The notes under the pieces are model-generated. The model did no database searches. It was not told the origin of the DNA and saw only the letters and a program-made list of their open reading frames with translations. From Vulcanimicrobiota bacterium (lineage in GTDB: Bacteria; Vulcanimicrobiota; Vulcanimicrobiia; Vulcanimicrobiales; Vulcanimicrobiaceae), in contig CAWFTN010000001.1 of assembly GCA_963818925.1 (NCBI GenBank), positions 3,357,104 to 3,421,103 of the forward strand: a DNA stretch of 64,000 bases. The letters run 5' to 3'. A program made the position numbers and the translations under genes. This document shows positions 57,020 through 64,000 of the stretch, piece by piece (the stretch's first letter is position 1; each line of letters starts with the position of its first letter).

Positions 57020-58189
57020 GGGTTCCTTGACTTCCCGGCTCCGCCGAAATGGGGCTGGCAGCGCGTCTCTTACGAGAAGGCTCCCGCACGTAGCTTCTCA
57101 CGGTTCTGGTATGCTTGTAATCGTGGAAATCATGGACAGGCACGCGGTAGCCACGGTTGCCTTGAGTTCGCCTTCTTGAACATCAACAAGCGCATCCGCC
57201 TTGAGGAGGCGGATGTTGCCGCAATTGAAAGTCTCGCGAAAGATGACCCCGCGCGCCTTCTCATTGCCGAGATCTTGAGGGTCGTTCCCGTCTCCCACTG
57301 GAGCTTTGCGCGCTTCAAGGACGATGGACCCCACGATCAGTTAATGTCGTCCCACGTCACCGAGAATCGGCGGGGCGAGTTCGAGCACTTACGAGAAGAG
57401 CTTCGACTGCAACGGGAACGCACAACCAAGGGTCCCCGTCTGGCAGCAACACTCCGTACGCTTCAAAAACCTTATCTCAGCGGAATCACGCTCGTGTTCG
57501 CCGGCATGCGAAGGGAATTTGGATTGTTGAGCCTCCTGCGAACGGAAGACCTGGGCCCTTTTACATCCGCAGAAATTCGGACGCTCGCGCTCGCGCTCGA
57601 CTCGTCGACAGATCGACTTGCCGGCCTTCCGATCGCAGAGGCGTCATCCAACGCAGCGTCTGTCGATTCATTTGATCAAACAGCCATGTATGTTTTGGAT
57701 CGCGACCTCGGGGTCGTCCTTGCTTGGGATGCGGAGGAAGGGCCCACTGCAGAGATTACGGCGCTTCATGCGCGTCTCGCGCAGCGCTTACCACCAATCA
57801 TCGAGGACGCAATACGCGACGTTGTCGATACATGGACCTCTGACCCCGCGACTCAGGCGATAGGCGTGGCGCATCCGGTTCCTTTTCTCACGGTTCGCGT
57901 CCAGCCGCTCTCAGGCGTGACGGGACTCTTCGTCGGAGTTTTGCTGGAGCGGCCGCCGGGCGCGGAGGTCTTCAATAGAGCGACGCGGACATTCAATCTG
58001 TCTCCACGTGAATTGGAGACTCTCGCCCACCTCTTGAAGGGCGCAACCCTGGATGAGGTTGCAGAAGTGATGCACATAACGTCGTCGACCGTACAAGACC
58101 ACATTAAGAGCATGCTGGACAAAACCGGGTCCCGCAATCGGTCTGAGCTTATCGCCAAAGTATTGGGACATCACGGAAGCATCTCGTAG
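57008..58189 (+). CDS. LuxR-family transcriptional regulator with N-terminal sensor-like domains
   Basis: C-terminal LSPRELETLAHLLKGATLDEVAEVMHITSSTVQDHIKSMLDKTG is an HTH LuxR-type motif. Start uncertain. Confidence 0.6.
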   Translation: MLLHGFLDFPAPPKWGWQRVSYEKAPARSFSRFWYACNRGNHGQARGSHGCLEFAFLNINKRIRLEEADVAAIESLAKDDPARLLIAEILRVVPVSHWSFARFKDDGPHDQLMSSHVTENRRGEFEHLREELRLQRERTTKGPRLAATLRTLQKPYLSGITLVFAGMRREFGLLSLLRTEDLGPFTSAEIRTLALALDSSTDRLAGLPIAEASSNAASVDSFDQTAMYVLDRDLGVVLAWDAEEGPTAEITALHARLAQRLPPIIEDAIRDVVDTWTSDPATQAIGVAHPVPFLTVRVQPLSGVTGLFVGVLLERPPGAEVFNRATRTFNLSPRELETLAHLLKGATLDEVAEVMHITSSTVQDHIKSMLDKTGSRNRSELIAKVLGHHGSIS

Positions 58190-58318
58190 CGAAGGCTCTT
58201 CCGGGTAATCCAGGATTCCGCTTAACACGCGAGAGCACTATGATTGAGGTGCCGCAGTTTGCGCCCGCGTCACGTCTCATTGAGCCGCCCGCGTGTAAAA
58301 CATGCGAAGGGGACTCCA

Positions 58319-59122
58319 ATGTTTCTATCATTATTACTTGTGCCGCTCTATGTAGTCGCGTTGATTTTGATACTTTCCAGCATCAAGATTCTTCGCGAAT
58401 ATGAACGCGCCGTTGTTTTTCGTCTTGGTCGCTTTGAGGCTGTTAAGGGCCCGGGGCTCATCCTTATCATTCCGTTGGTTCAGCAGATTGTGCGAGTCGA
58501 TTTGCGCACGGTGGTCATGGAAGTCCCCGCTCAAGATGTGATTTCGCGGGACAATGTTTCCTTGAAGGTTGATGCCATACTGTACTTTCGCGTGGTCGAC
58601 CCAGAACGGGCGATCATTAAAGTCGAGAACTTTCTAGGGGCTACGAACATGCTCGCGCAAACGACACTTCGCTCCGTACTTGGACAGCATGACCTCGACG
58701 AAATGCTGGCCAAGCGCGACGAACTCAACGCTGACGTCCAGAAAACGTTGGACGTGCAAACCGAATCTTGGGGCATCAAAGTGATCAGCGTCGAGATTCG
58801 AGAAGTGACCCTCACCGAAAACATGATCCGCTCGATCGCAAAGCAAGCGGAAGCGGAACGTGACCGGCGCGCAAAGGTCATTCACGCAGAGGCGGAGTTT
58901 CAAGCTGCCGAGACGCTGCTGAATGCGGCGCAAATTCTCTCGAGAGACCCATCAGCAATGCAGTTGCGCTACTTGCAAACGCTCACCGAAGTCGGCGGCG
59001 AGCAGAACTCGACTATCGTGTTCCCGATGCCGATCGACCTCATCAAGCCCTTCCTGCAAATCATGCAGAACCATGCGAGTGAGTCATCGATAGCGTCGAA
59101 CGGCGCAAAGGTACCGGCTTGA
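58319..59122 (+). CDS. SPFH/band-7 (stomatin/slipin-like) membrane protein
   Basis: N-terminal TM LLLVPLYVVALILILSS, then REYERAVVFRLGRF...DLRTVVMEVPAQDVISRDNVSLKVDAILYFRVVDP, and a coiled-coil AEAERDRRAKVIHAEAE. Confidence 0.85.
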   Translation: MFLSLLLVPLYVVALILILSSIKILREYERAVVFRLGRFEAVKGPGLILIIPLVQQIVRVDLRTVVMEVPAQDVISRDNVSLKVDAILYFRVVDPERAIIKVENFLGATNMLAQTTLRSVLGQHDLDEMLAKRDELNADVQKTLDVQTESWGIKVISVEIREVTLTENMIRSIAKQAEAERDRRAKVIHAEAEFQAAETLLNAAQILSRDPSAMQLRYLQTLTEVGGEQNSTIVFPMPIDLIKPFLQIMQNHASESSIASNGAKVPA

Positions 59123-59208
59123 GCCGCGCGTAATCGCGCGGCGAGCGGTTGACGCCGCTCAATCATTGGAAATCGCCTGGTATTTATTTTTTTCTTTTCG
59201 TCGCGGAA

Positions 59209-59270
59209 GTGCAACTTATTGCACTCTAGGAGCGTCATCATGAATGCACAAGTGCTTTTTCAATGCACTA
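59209..59270. promoter_or_regulatory. Array of TGCAC-containing palindromic half-sites upstream of the DUF5069 gene
   Basis: GTGCAActtaTTGCAC (perfect IR), then aaTGCACaagTGC and aaTGCACtagTG within 60 bp, in an AT-rich promoter-like region. Confidence 0.35.
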
Positions 59271-59295
59271 GTGATTTACAGAAAAGAAAAAATAT

Positions 59296-59742
59296 ATGGA
59301 CCTGACCAAAGGCACGCCGCGCAGCGTTCGCGACAAATTTCTCGGAATTGTGCAGCTAGGCCGCACGACCGATAAAGCGAAAGCCGTAGCGCACGGCACC
59401 ATCGGCGAGTACAACTATAATTGCTCGATGGATAAAGGCCTGTTCGATTTCCTAGGAATCAACAGTACCGAATATCTCAAAATCGTTACGAATGCAAAAA
59501 ATGATTCCGAGATCGAAAATTACGTCAAGGGCTTCCTTGCGAAAAAGTCACCACAGGAGATCGGCGAGTTCAATAAGCAGTCTCTAACCGCTACGCCGTC
59601 GGGTGAGTCCTTAGAATATTTCAATCAATTGCGCGACAAGATCGCTCCCGATCGTAAGGACGTAAAAACGTGGCCGGACCTTCTCGATCTCGAGGAAGAC
59701 CGCTCGATCCCACAGCGCATGTCCGCTACCGTTAACGCGTAG
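59296..59742 (+). CDS. DUF5069 domain protein
   Basis: MDLTKGTPRSVRDKFLGIVQLGRTTDKAKA... matches the DUF5069 N-terminal pattern. Lower GC. Confidence 0.6.
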   Translation: MDLTKGTPRSVRDKFLGIVQLGRTTDKAKAVAHGTIGEYNYNCSMDKGLFDFLGINSTEYLKIVTNAKNDSEIENYVKGFLAKKSPQEIGEFNKQSLTATPSGESLEYFNQLRDKIAPDRKDVKTWPDLLDLEEDRSIPQRMSATVNA

Positions 59743-59764
59743 AAACCCGCACGCCTAAAACAAA

Positions 59765-59796
59765 AGAGAGCGCTACGCGCTCTCTTTTCCGTTTTT
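59765..59796 (+). terminator. Rho-independent terminator after the DUF5069 gene
   Basis: AGAGAGCGCtacGCGCTCTCT hairpin followed by TTTCCGTTTTT. Confidence 0.7.
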
Positions 59797-60599
59797 ACAG
59801 GGGTGTCGGATGTATAATTATCGCGGGCACCGTTTTCGCTTATGAGCGTCGATGGGTCCGAGACCGTTTGAAGCCCTGTGGAAGAAGAAGCCCAAGCGTT
59901 GGAAGACCCTCTTGCCGGCCTGGAAAATAAGGGCCGCGCGACTGCAAAACGAAAGTCGAAGCCCAGGCGTTGGAGCGCGGTCAAGGTTGGAGGGTGGTCC
60001 ACTCGCAAGCTGTTTATGCGAGTAAATGCGCTTCGAGAGCCCCCGTTGAAGGCCGTCAAATACTGATGGATGGGGGTTTGCACCCCATCTGGGCGCTTAC
60101 TCGGGTTGAAATTTCAATTGCAGCGCACCATGCAGTTAACGCGCGAACTCACCCATCAGCTTACGTCGCGTTTGCGCGCGTGGGACAGTTTTCGACCGTC
60201 GGGGTCCAGCGCTAGCGGTGCGACTGACTTTGCTGCGAATGCGCTTGTGCGATTAATGTGCTTTTTTGAAGATAAAGCGGAACGTGACGCCCGGGTGCAC
60301 GGTTTCGCTCGTCACCTGGTCGCACTGAAAAAGTTCGTAATTCATCTCTGCTTTTTCGTTCAGATAGCCCTGGATTTGTTCGGCGACTGTTGCGCCGCCG
60401 AATTTAAACGTGTGCTCGTCAACCAGGTAAAGGCCGGTTCCCATCGAGCTCTCCCACCGGGCATGCATAGACGCCCGCTCGTATCTTGCCTTTTCTAATA
60501 CAGGACACCTCGAAAAATCCGCGATGCAAAGTCACGGCAAGCGATTCGAATGGGGCCGAACTTAGATATTACGCGCAAGAGTTAAGCTCCCCGCGCGGT

Positions 60600-61080
60600 T
60601 GGTTGCTGTCGTGATAGCGCCATCTTCGTCCGTCCGGTAGATGCGTGCGCCGAAGCGACGTGAAATGTTCGGGTAGATTAGAAGACTGCTACGGCCGCGA
60701 TGAATTCCGGCGATGAACTGTATGCCGACCCGTGGTGGCCTACTTTCAGCGCATCCGCGTGTAGATCGATGCCCTCATCCAGAATGGGACGTTCTGCGGT
60801 AATGCCGGCGCCGCCCGTGAACAAGCATTCGAAATAAGCGATACTGCAATATGAACGCTACGTCGTTGACCGCGTTTTTTACCGTCGATAAACGGAAGCG
60901 ACAGGTCGATGAACCGACGCGTAACGCCGTCTTCCGTATGCCACGCCATGCCGGCGCGCGGATACACGATCGGCACATGATCCGCGTACGCTGTATCGAT
61001 GCATCATGATACGCATGTCCGCCATACGCTTGCGTCGCACAAGGAACGCCGAAGGACATTGCAGCGGCGCAGGGCAGCAA
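60600..61080 (-). pseudogene. Degraded partial copy of the MBL-fold hydrolase gene found intact at 63259-63978
   Basis: Nucleotide homology to 63600-63960 (ggcgatgaactgtatgc, cccgtgaacaagcattcgaaa, gataaacggaagcgac, catgatacgcatgtccgccatacg). Protein fragments ...AYGGHAYHD... and VYPRAGMAWHTEDGVTRRFIDLSLPFIDGKK lie in different frames. Confidence 0.55.
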
Positions 61081-61223
61081 AACGGCGCCGTATCTTCGCG
61101 CTTATTTAAACCGCGCCTGAGGTGCGCGCCGCAAGCTTTACGATGTTTCGTCCGAACCGCGCGAACATCAACTCGGATGACGAACAATAGGCTGAACCGC
61201 TAAACTGGCTAATCCTAACCCCG

Positions 61224-62252
61224 TCAGAGCAGCGCCTCTTCGCGGTTTTCCTGAGGTATCGGAGCGTCCATGCTGATTAACCCCTCCGATCGAAGATCCG
61301 ACCAGAACATTTCAGGAATCTTCGTCTTGAGGGAAGTGTAGTCGGCGAGCACCTGCTGTGGATTCGCGCAGCCTACGACGAGCGACGCGGCAACGTCAGG
61401 CGCACTTGAAAATCGCAATGCTGCTGTGCGCAGATCCACGCCGTGCCGCGCTGCAATACTCCGCAGGCGCTCTCGCTTTTCAATCGCGTCAGCGGGAATC
61501 TCATAGTTGTCTTTGCCGTAATTGAAGCGGGAGCTGCCGCTGATAAAACCCGCATTGAGCGCCGAGCCGATGACAAATTTCATTCCTCGCTCGCGCGCCT
61601 TTGGAAAGACCTGATGCAGTGCATTTTCGTGATCGATCAGCGAGTACTGGCGTGCCAAGAGGCAAACGTCGGCATCGGCCGCGTCCATCAGTTTGAGGAT
61701 CGGCTCAGGCGTGTTGACGCCAAGTCCCCAGGCTCGGATCATCCCTTCGTCCCTCATCCTACTAAGCGCCGGAAAAGCGCCCCTTATGGCGACCTCGAAC
61801 TGCTCTTCCCAGGGACCCGGCAGCCACGGATTGTCCGGTGAGAGGTCATGAACGAAAACGACATCGAGCGCATCGACACCCAAACGCTGCAAGCTATCTT
61901 CAATCGATCGCTTTACGCCGTCACCAGAATAGTCAAAGCGAAGATTATTCGGCGAGGACGTAAACGGAAAGTAATCCTTAGCGTTGTTCTTTCGCGACGC
62001 CGTTAACAACTTACCGACCTTTGACGAGAGAACGTACTCGCTTCGCGTTTGCTTGTGTAAAAAGCTACCGAGACGCCGTTCCGCAAGCCCAAGACCGTAC
62101 CATGGAGAGGTGTCGTAGTAGCGAACGCCAGCGCTCCACGCAGCTTCGATTGTTGCGTAAGCGTCTTCGTCCGTCACATACCCAAACTCGTTGCCAAATG
62201 GCACGCCGCCGAGGCCAAACGTTCTCCCCGAAAAAATTTCCGACACGTTCAT
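61224..62252 (-). CDS. Aldo/keto reductase family oxidoreductase
   Basis: Start MNVSEIFSGRTFGLGGVPFG. AKR motifs YYDTSPWYG, KVGKLL, ...IGSALNAGF. Confidence 0.8.
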   Translation of the reverse strand: MNVSEIFSGRTFGLGGVPFGNEFGYVTDEDAYATIEAAWSAGVRYYDTSPWYGLGLAERRLGSFLHKQTRSEYVLSSKVGKLLTASRKNNAKDYFPFTSSPNNLRFDYSGDGVKRSIEDSLQRLGVDALDVVFVHDLSPDNPWLPGPWEEQFEVAIRGAFPALSRMRDEGMIRAWGLGVNTPEPILKLMDAADADVCLLARQYSLIDHENALHQVFPKARERGMKFVIGSALNAGFISGSSRFNYGKDNYEIPADAIEKRERLRSIAARHGVDLRTAALRFSSAPDVAASLVVGCANPQQVLADYTSLKTKIPEMFWSDLRSEGLISMDAPIPQENREEALL

Positions 62253-62338
62253 GCCAAGGGTTATTCCCTTAAGCGTGACGGCGCACGCCACTTTGGCGAA
62301 AACCAGAGGCGAGGTGCTCGTGCATGCGATGATCGACA

Positions 62339-62638
62339 CTAAGGTTCGTAACGGTATTCAAGATGCTCACGTCCATCGTTCCGGTTCTCGCGACGGCCGC
62401 GACCCGCGGCGAAGTACGAACTTACCAACCTTGCAAGGAGCGTCGCGGTGAAGAGCTGTCCAGTGACTGCTTCAAGGTTTGCAGCCGAGCGAACGAGCGG
62501 GTTCACTGGTACGATGTCGCCGTAGCCCGTCGTCGTCAACGTGACGAACGAGAAGTACATAACATGGCTGAGTCCAGTACCGGCCGTCGCAGTGCCACTA
62601 TCCGCGATCTGGGCAACTCGTATCGCGCGCAACACCAC
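62339..62638 (-). pseudogene. N-terminally truncated K+ channel pore/TM2 fragment fused to the 5' repeat of the MBL-hydrolase gene
   Basis: The first ~13 codons MVLRAIRVAQIADSG are identical in origin to the start of the 63259-63978 gene. They are followed by FSFVTLTTTGYGDIVPV (a K+ selectivity filter TxTTxGYGD) and an inner helix. TM1 is missing. Confidence 0.55.
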
Positions 62639-62659
62639 CGAACAACCACCGACATGATC
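62595..62659. repeat. About 65-bp direct repeat (copy 1) containing the 5' end of the MBL-hydrolase gene
   Basis: ccactatccgcgatct...aactcgtatcgcgcgcaacaccaccgaacaaccacc.acatgatc is shared with 63935-64000. Confidence 0.75.
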
Positions 62660-62660
62660 T

Positions 62661-62680
62661 CATAAAATCTTTTACTCACA
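62661..62680. repeat. 20-bp motif CATAAARTCTTTTACTCACA, copy 2
   Basis: Immediately follows the 65-bp repeat. 19 of 20 match with 54820-54839. Confidence 0.6.
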
Positions 62681-62726
62681 CAACGAGCCCTAGTTGAATC
62701 GTCGACAATGAGCGAGTGGCCTAAAC

Positions 62727-62799
62727 TGGGGCGCTTCGATGGTGTCGACCGTCAGCCCGATAATCTGAACGGCCCCGGGTTCGATTCCCGGGCGCTCCA
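62727..62799 (+). tRNA. tRNA-like 73-nt element, probable tRNA pseudogene (defective anticodon arm)
   Basis: Acceptor GGGGCGC/GCGCTCC (7 bp, one G-U). U8. T-arm CCGGG-TTCGATT-CCCGG at canonical positions 49-65. Discriminator A at 73. The D-arm is only TCGA/TCGA with a 5-nt loop, and the anticodon region forms a 4-bp stem with a 10-nt loop. Confidence 0.35.
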
Positions 62800-63258
62800 G
62801 TCGCATCGCGATTCGCGTTGCGGCGCTAGATTCGATGTGGTATGTTCGGGTTAGGTTATCGGGCTGGCATACACATCGAAGCGCACGGGGTGCCGCAATA
62901 GCGCGGCGCCCCGAACCTTTATGGCAGCGGCACCAGTCGGAACGGCAAGCTCATGCCTTGGTACGTCCCCGTTCCTACGATTACGCCGTTTCGATTGGGG
63001 CCTAATGGATTTAATGCACTACTAGAACATGGCGACATGATTAATATAAATGCCCCCAGTCGCTGGCGACTCATTGCTGCGCTGCTTTTAGGAGCCGCCG
63101 GGGCGCTTGTGTGTATCGACGAAATTCTACTCTGGCAACTGCAGCAAGGGGCGTCATCGCAAACAATATTCTTCGTCGTCAAGCTTGGCCTTATCGCTAC
63201 GGGGGTACTGTCATGCACGGCGTTATTTCGATTAAAGTGAGCTATGCTCTTTTATCTT

Positions 63259-63978
63259 TCACTTAGAGCCGAACAACTGGCTCGCCGCTATCGCGAACGA
63301 GATAGCGCGGGCGTTGATCGACTCAATCATCTCCATGCCTGCAGACCTCCCATTGAGTCCAACATCGTCGTGTGAGTCTACGACTCCGGAGTGCCTTCCG
63401 TCCGGCGGCGTCGTGACCATGACGGAGGTAGTCGTTCGCGCGCCGTTCGTTATGATCGTGGCGCTCGCATTTTGATCGGTACGATAGATTTCTGCGCCAG
63501 CGTGCGCCAAGGTGTCCACGGTCGATGGCGCGGGATGGCCAAAGAGATTATGTCTTCCGACGGAGATAACGGCATATTCTGGATGAACGGCGGAGATGAA
63601 CTCAGGCGATGAACTGTATGCGGAACCGTGGTGCCCGACCTTTAAAACATCGGCGCGCAGGTCGGTATCTTCGGCCAGGAACCGACGTTCTGCAGCAACT
63701 CCCGCGTCGCCCGTGAACAGCATTCGAAACGAGCGATACGCCAGCAGAAACGCGATTGAGTTATCGTTGATTGCGTTCTTTCCGCCGATGAACGGAAGCG
63801 ACGGGCCGATGAAGCGTAGCGTTACGCCGTCGTTAGTGTTCCATACATCGCCAGCCCGCGGATATACGACAGGCACATGGTCTGCCCTGGCAGTATCGAA
63901 ACAATCATGATACGCATGTCCGCCATACGTCTGGCCACTATCCGCGATCTCCGAAACTCGTATCGCGCGCAACACCAC
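63259..63978 (-). CDS. MBL-fold metallo-hydrolase (ComEC C-terminal-domain-like)
   Basis: GGHAYHD... VLKVGHHGSAYSSSPEFISAVHPEYAVISVGRHNLFGHPAPSTVDTLAHAGAEIYRTDQNASATI is the typical ComEC/Rec2-type MBL domain. 239 aa. Confidence 0.7.
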   Translation of the reverse strand: MVLRAIRVSEIADSGQTYGGHAYHDCFDTARADHVPVVYPRAGDVWNTNDGVTLRFIGPSLPFIGGKNAINDNSIAFLLAYRSFRMLFTGDAGVAAERRFLAEDTDLRADVLKVGHHGSAYSSSPEFISAVHPEYAVISVGRHNLFGHPAPSTVDTLAHAGAEIYRTDQNASATIITNGARTTTSVMVTTPPDGRHSGVVDSHDDVGLNGRSAGMEMIESINARAISFAIAASQLFGSK

Positions 63979-64000
63979 CGAACAACCACCTACATGATCA
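63935..64000. repeat. About 65-bp direct repeat (copy 2), runs off the window end
   Basis: Matches 62595-62659. The window ends inside ...acatgatca. Confidence 0.7.

Noticed and set aside
60253-60468. 71-aa minus-strand ORF downstream of the degraded MBL copy
   Set aside because: No recognisable domain or partner. It lies in a region of fragmentary coding signal, so there is insufficient evidence to call a gene.
62953-63240. 95-aa plus-strand ORF with one hydrophobic stretch between the tRNA-like element and the MBL gene
   Set aside because: Codon usage and GC are atypical and there is no homology signal. It could be a small membrane peptide but cannot be supported from sequence alone.
1-64000. 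CRISPR arrays, rRNA genes, intact tRNAs, IS elements with transposase, and integrase or recombinase genes
   Set aside because: No regularly spaced short direct repeats, no rRNA-like conserved blocks, and no transposase or integrase motifs (DDE, Tyr-recombinase R..H..R..Y) were seen in any frame. The mosaic region at 53-64 kb has repeats but no recognisable mobility gene within the window.

Overview
This is a high-GC (roughly 62-65%) bacterial chromosomal window. Gene content resembles Acidobacteria- or Eremiobacterota-like soil bacteria: a very large CarboxypepD_reg/TonB-receptor-like protein, a BNR/sortilin-like protein, many secreted peptidases, lipoproteins, VOC and NTF2-like paralogs. Positions 1 to about 53 kb are densely coding housekeeping and accessory genes. 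The recognisable calls are DoxX, three VOC enzymes, a thioredoxin-like protein, a winged-helix-TPR regulator, nitronate monooxygenase, an XRE-HTH/P-loop/TPR STAND-type protein, GNAT, DUF4242, msrA, an FNR-like reductase, a glycoside hydrolase, a UbiB/ABC1 kinase, mntP, a SAM methyltransferase, a cupredoxin, S9, S53 and M28 peptidases, rpiA, ornithine cyclodeaminase, a JmjC-cupin, an APC permease, kup and DUF72. The most interesting coherent unit is a minus-strand operon msrA / sulfite-oxidase-like Moco oxidoreductase (single-nucleotide frameshift) / FNR-like flavin reductase / DUF6510 zinc-ribbon / small acidic protein. I propose it is a cytoplasmic MsrP/MsrQ-like oxidised-methionine repair module. 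The last ~11 kb (about 53.2-64 kb) is lower-GC and mosaic. It holds gene remnants (sulfatase FGly-site fragment, PQQ-blade fragment, an N-terminally truncated K+ channel pore), three copies or fragments of an MBL-fold (ComEC-C-terminal-like) hydrolase gene sharing a ~65-bp 5' repeat, a 73-nt tRNA-like pseudogene, a tRNA 3'-end fragment and a recurring 20-bp motif. This looks like a recombination or integration hotspot. Several genes carry apparent single-nucleotide frameshifts (Moco oxidoreductase, RR-PP2C phosphatase, a P-loop kinase remnant, possibly an MTAN-like gene); these may be sequencing or assembly errors rather than biology. No CRISPR array, rRNA or intact tRNA was found.
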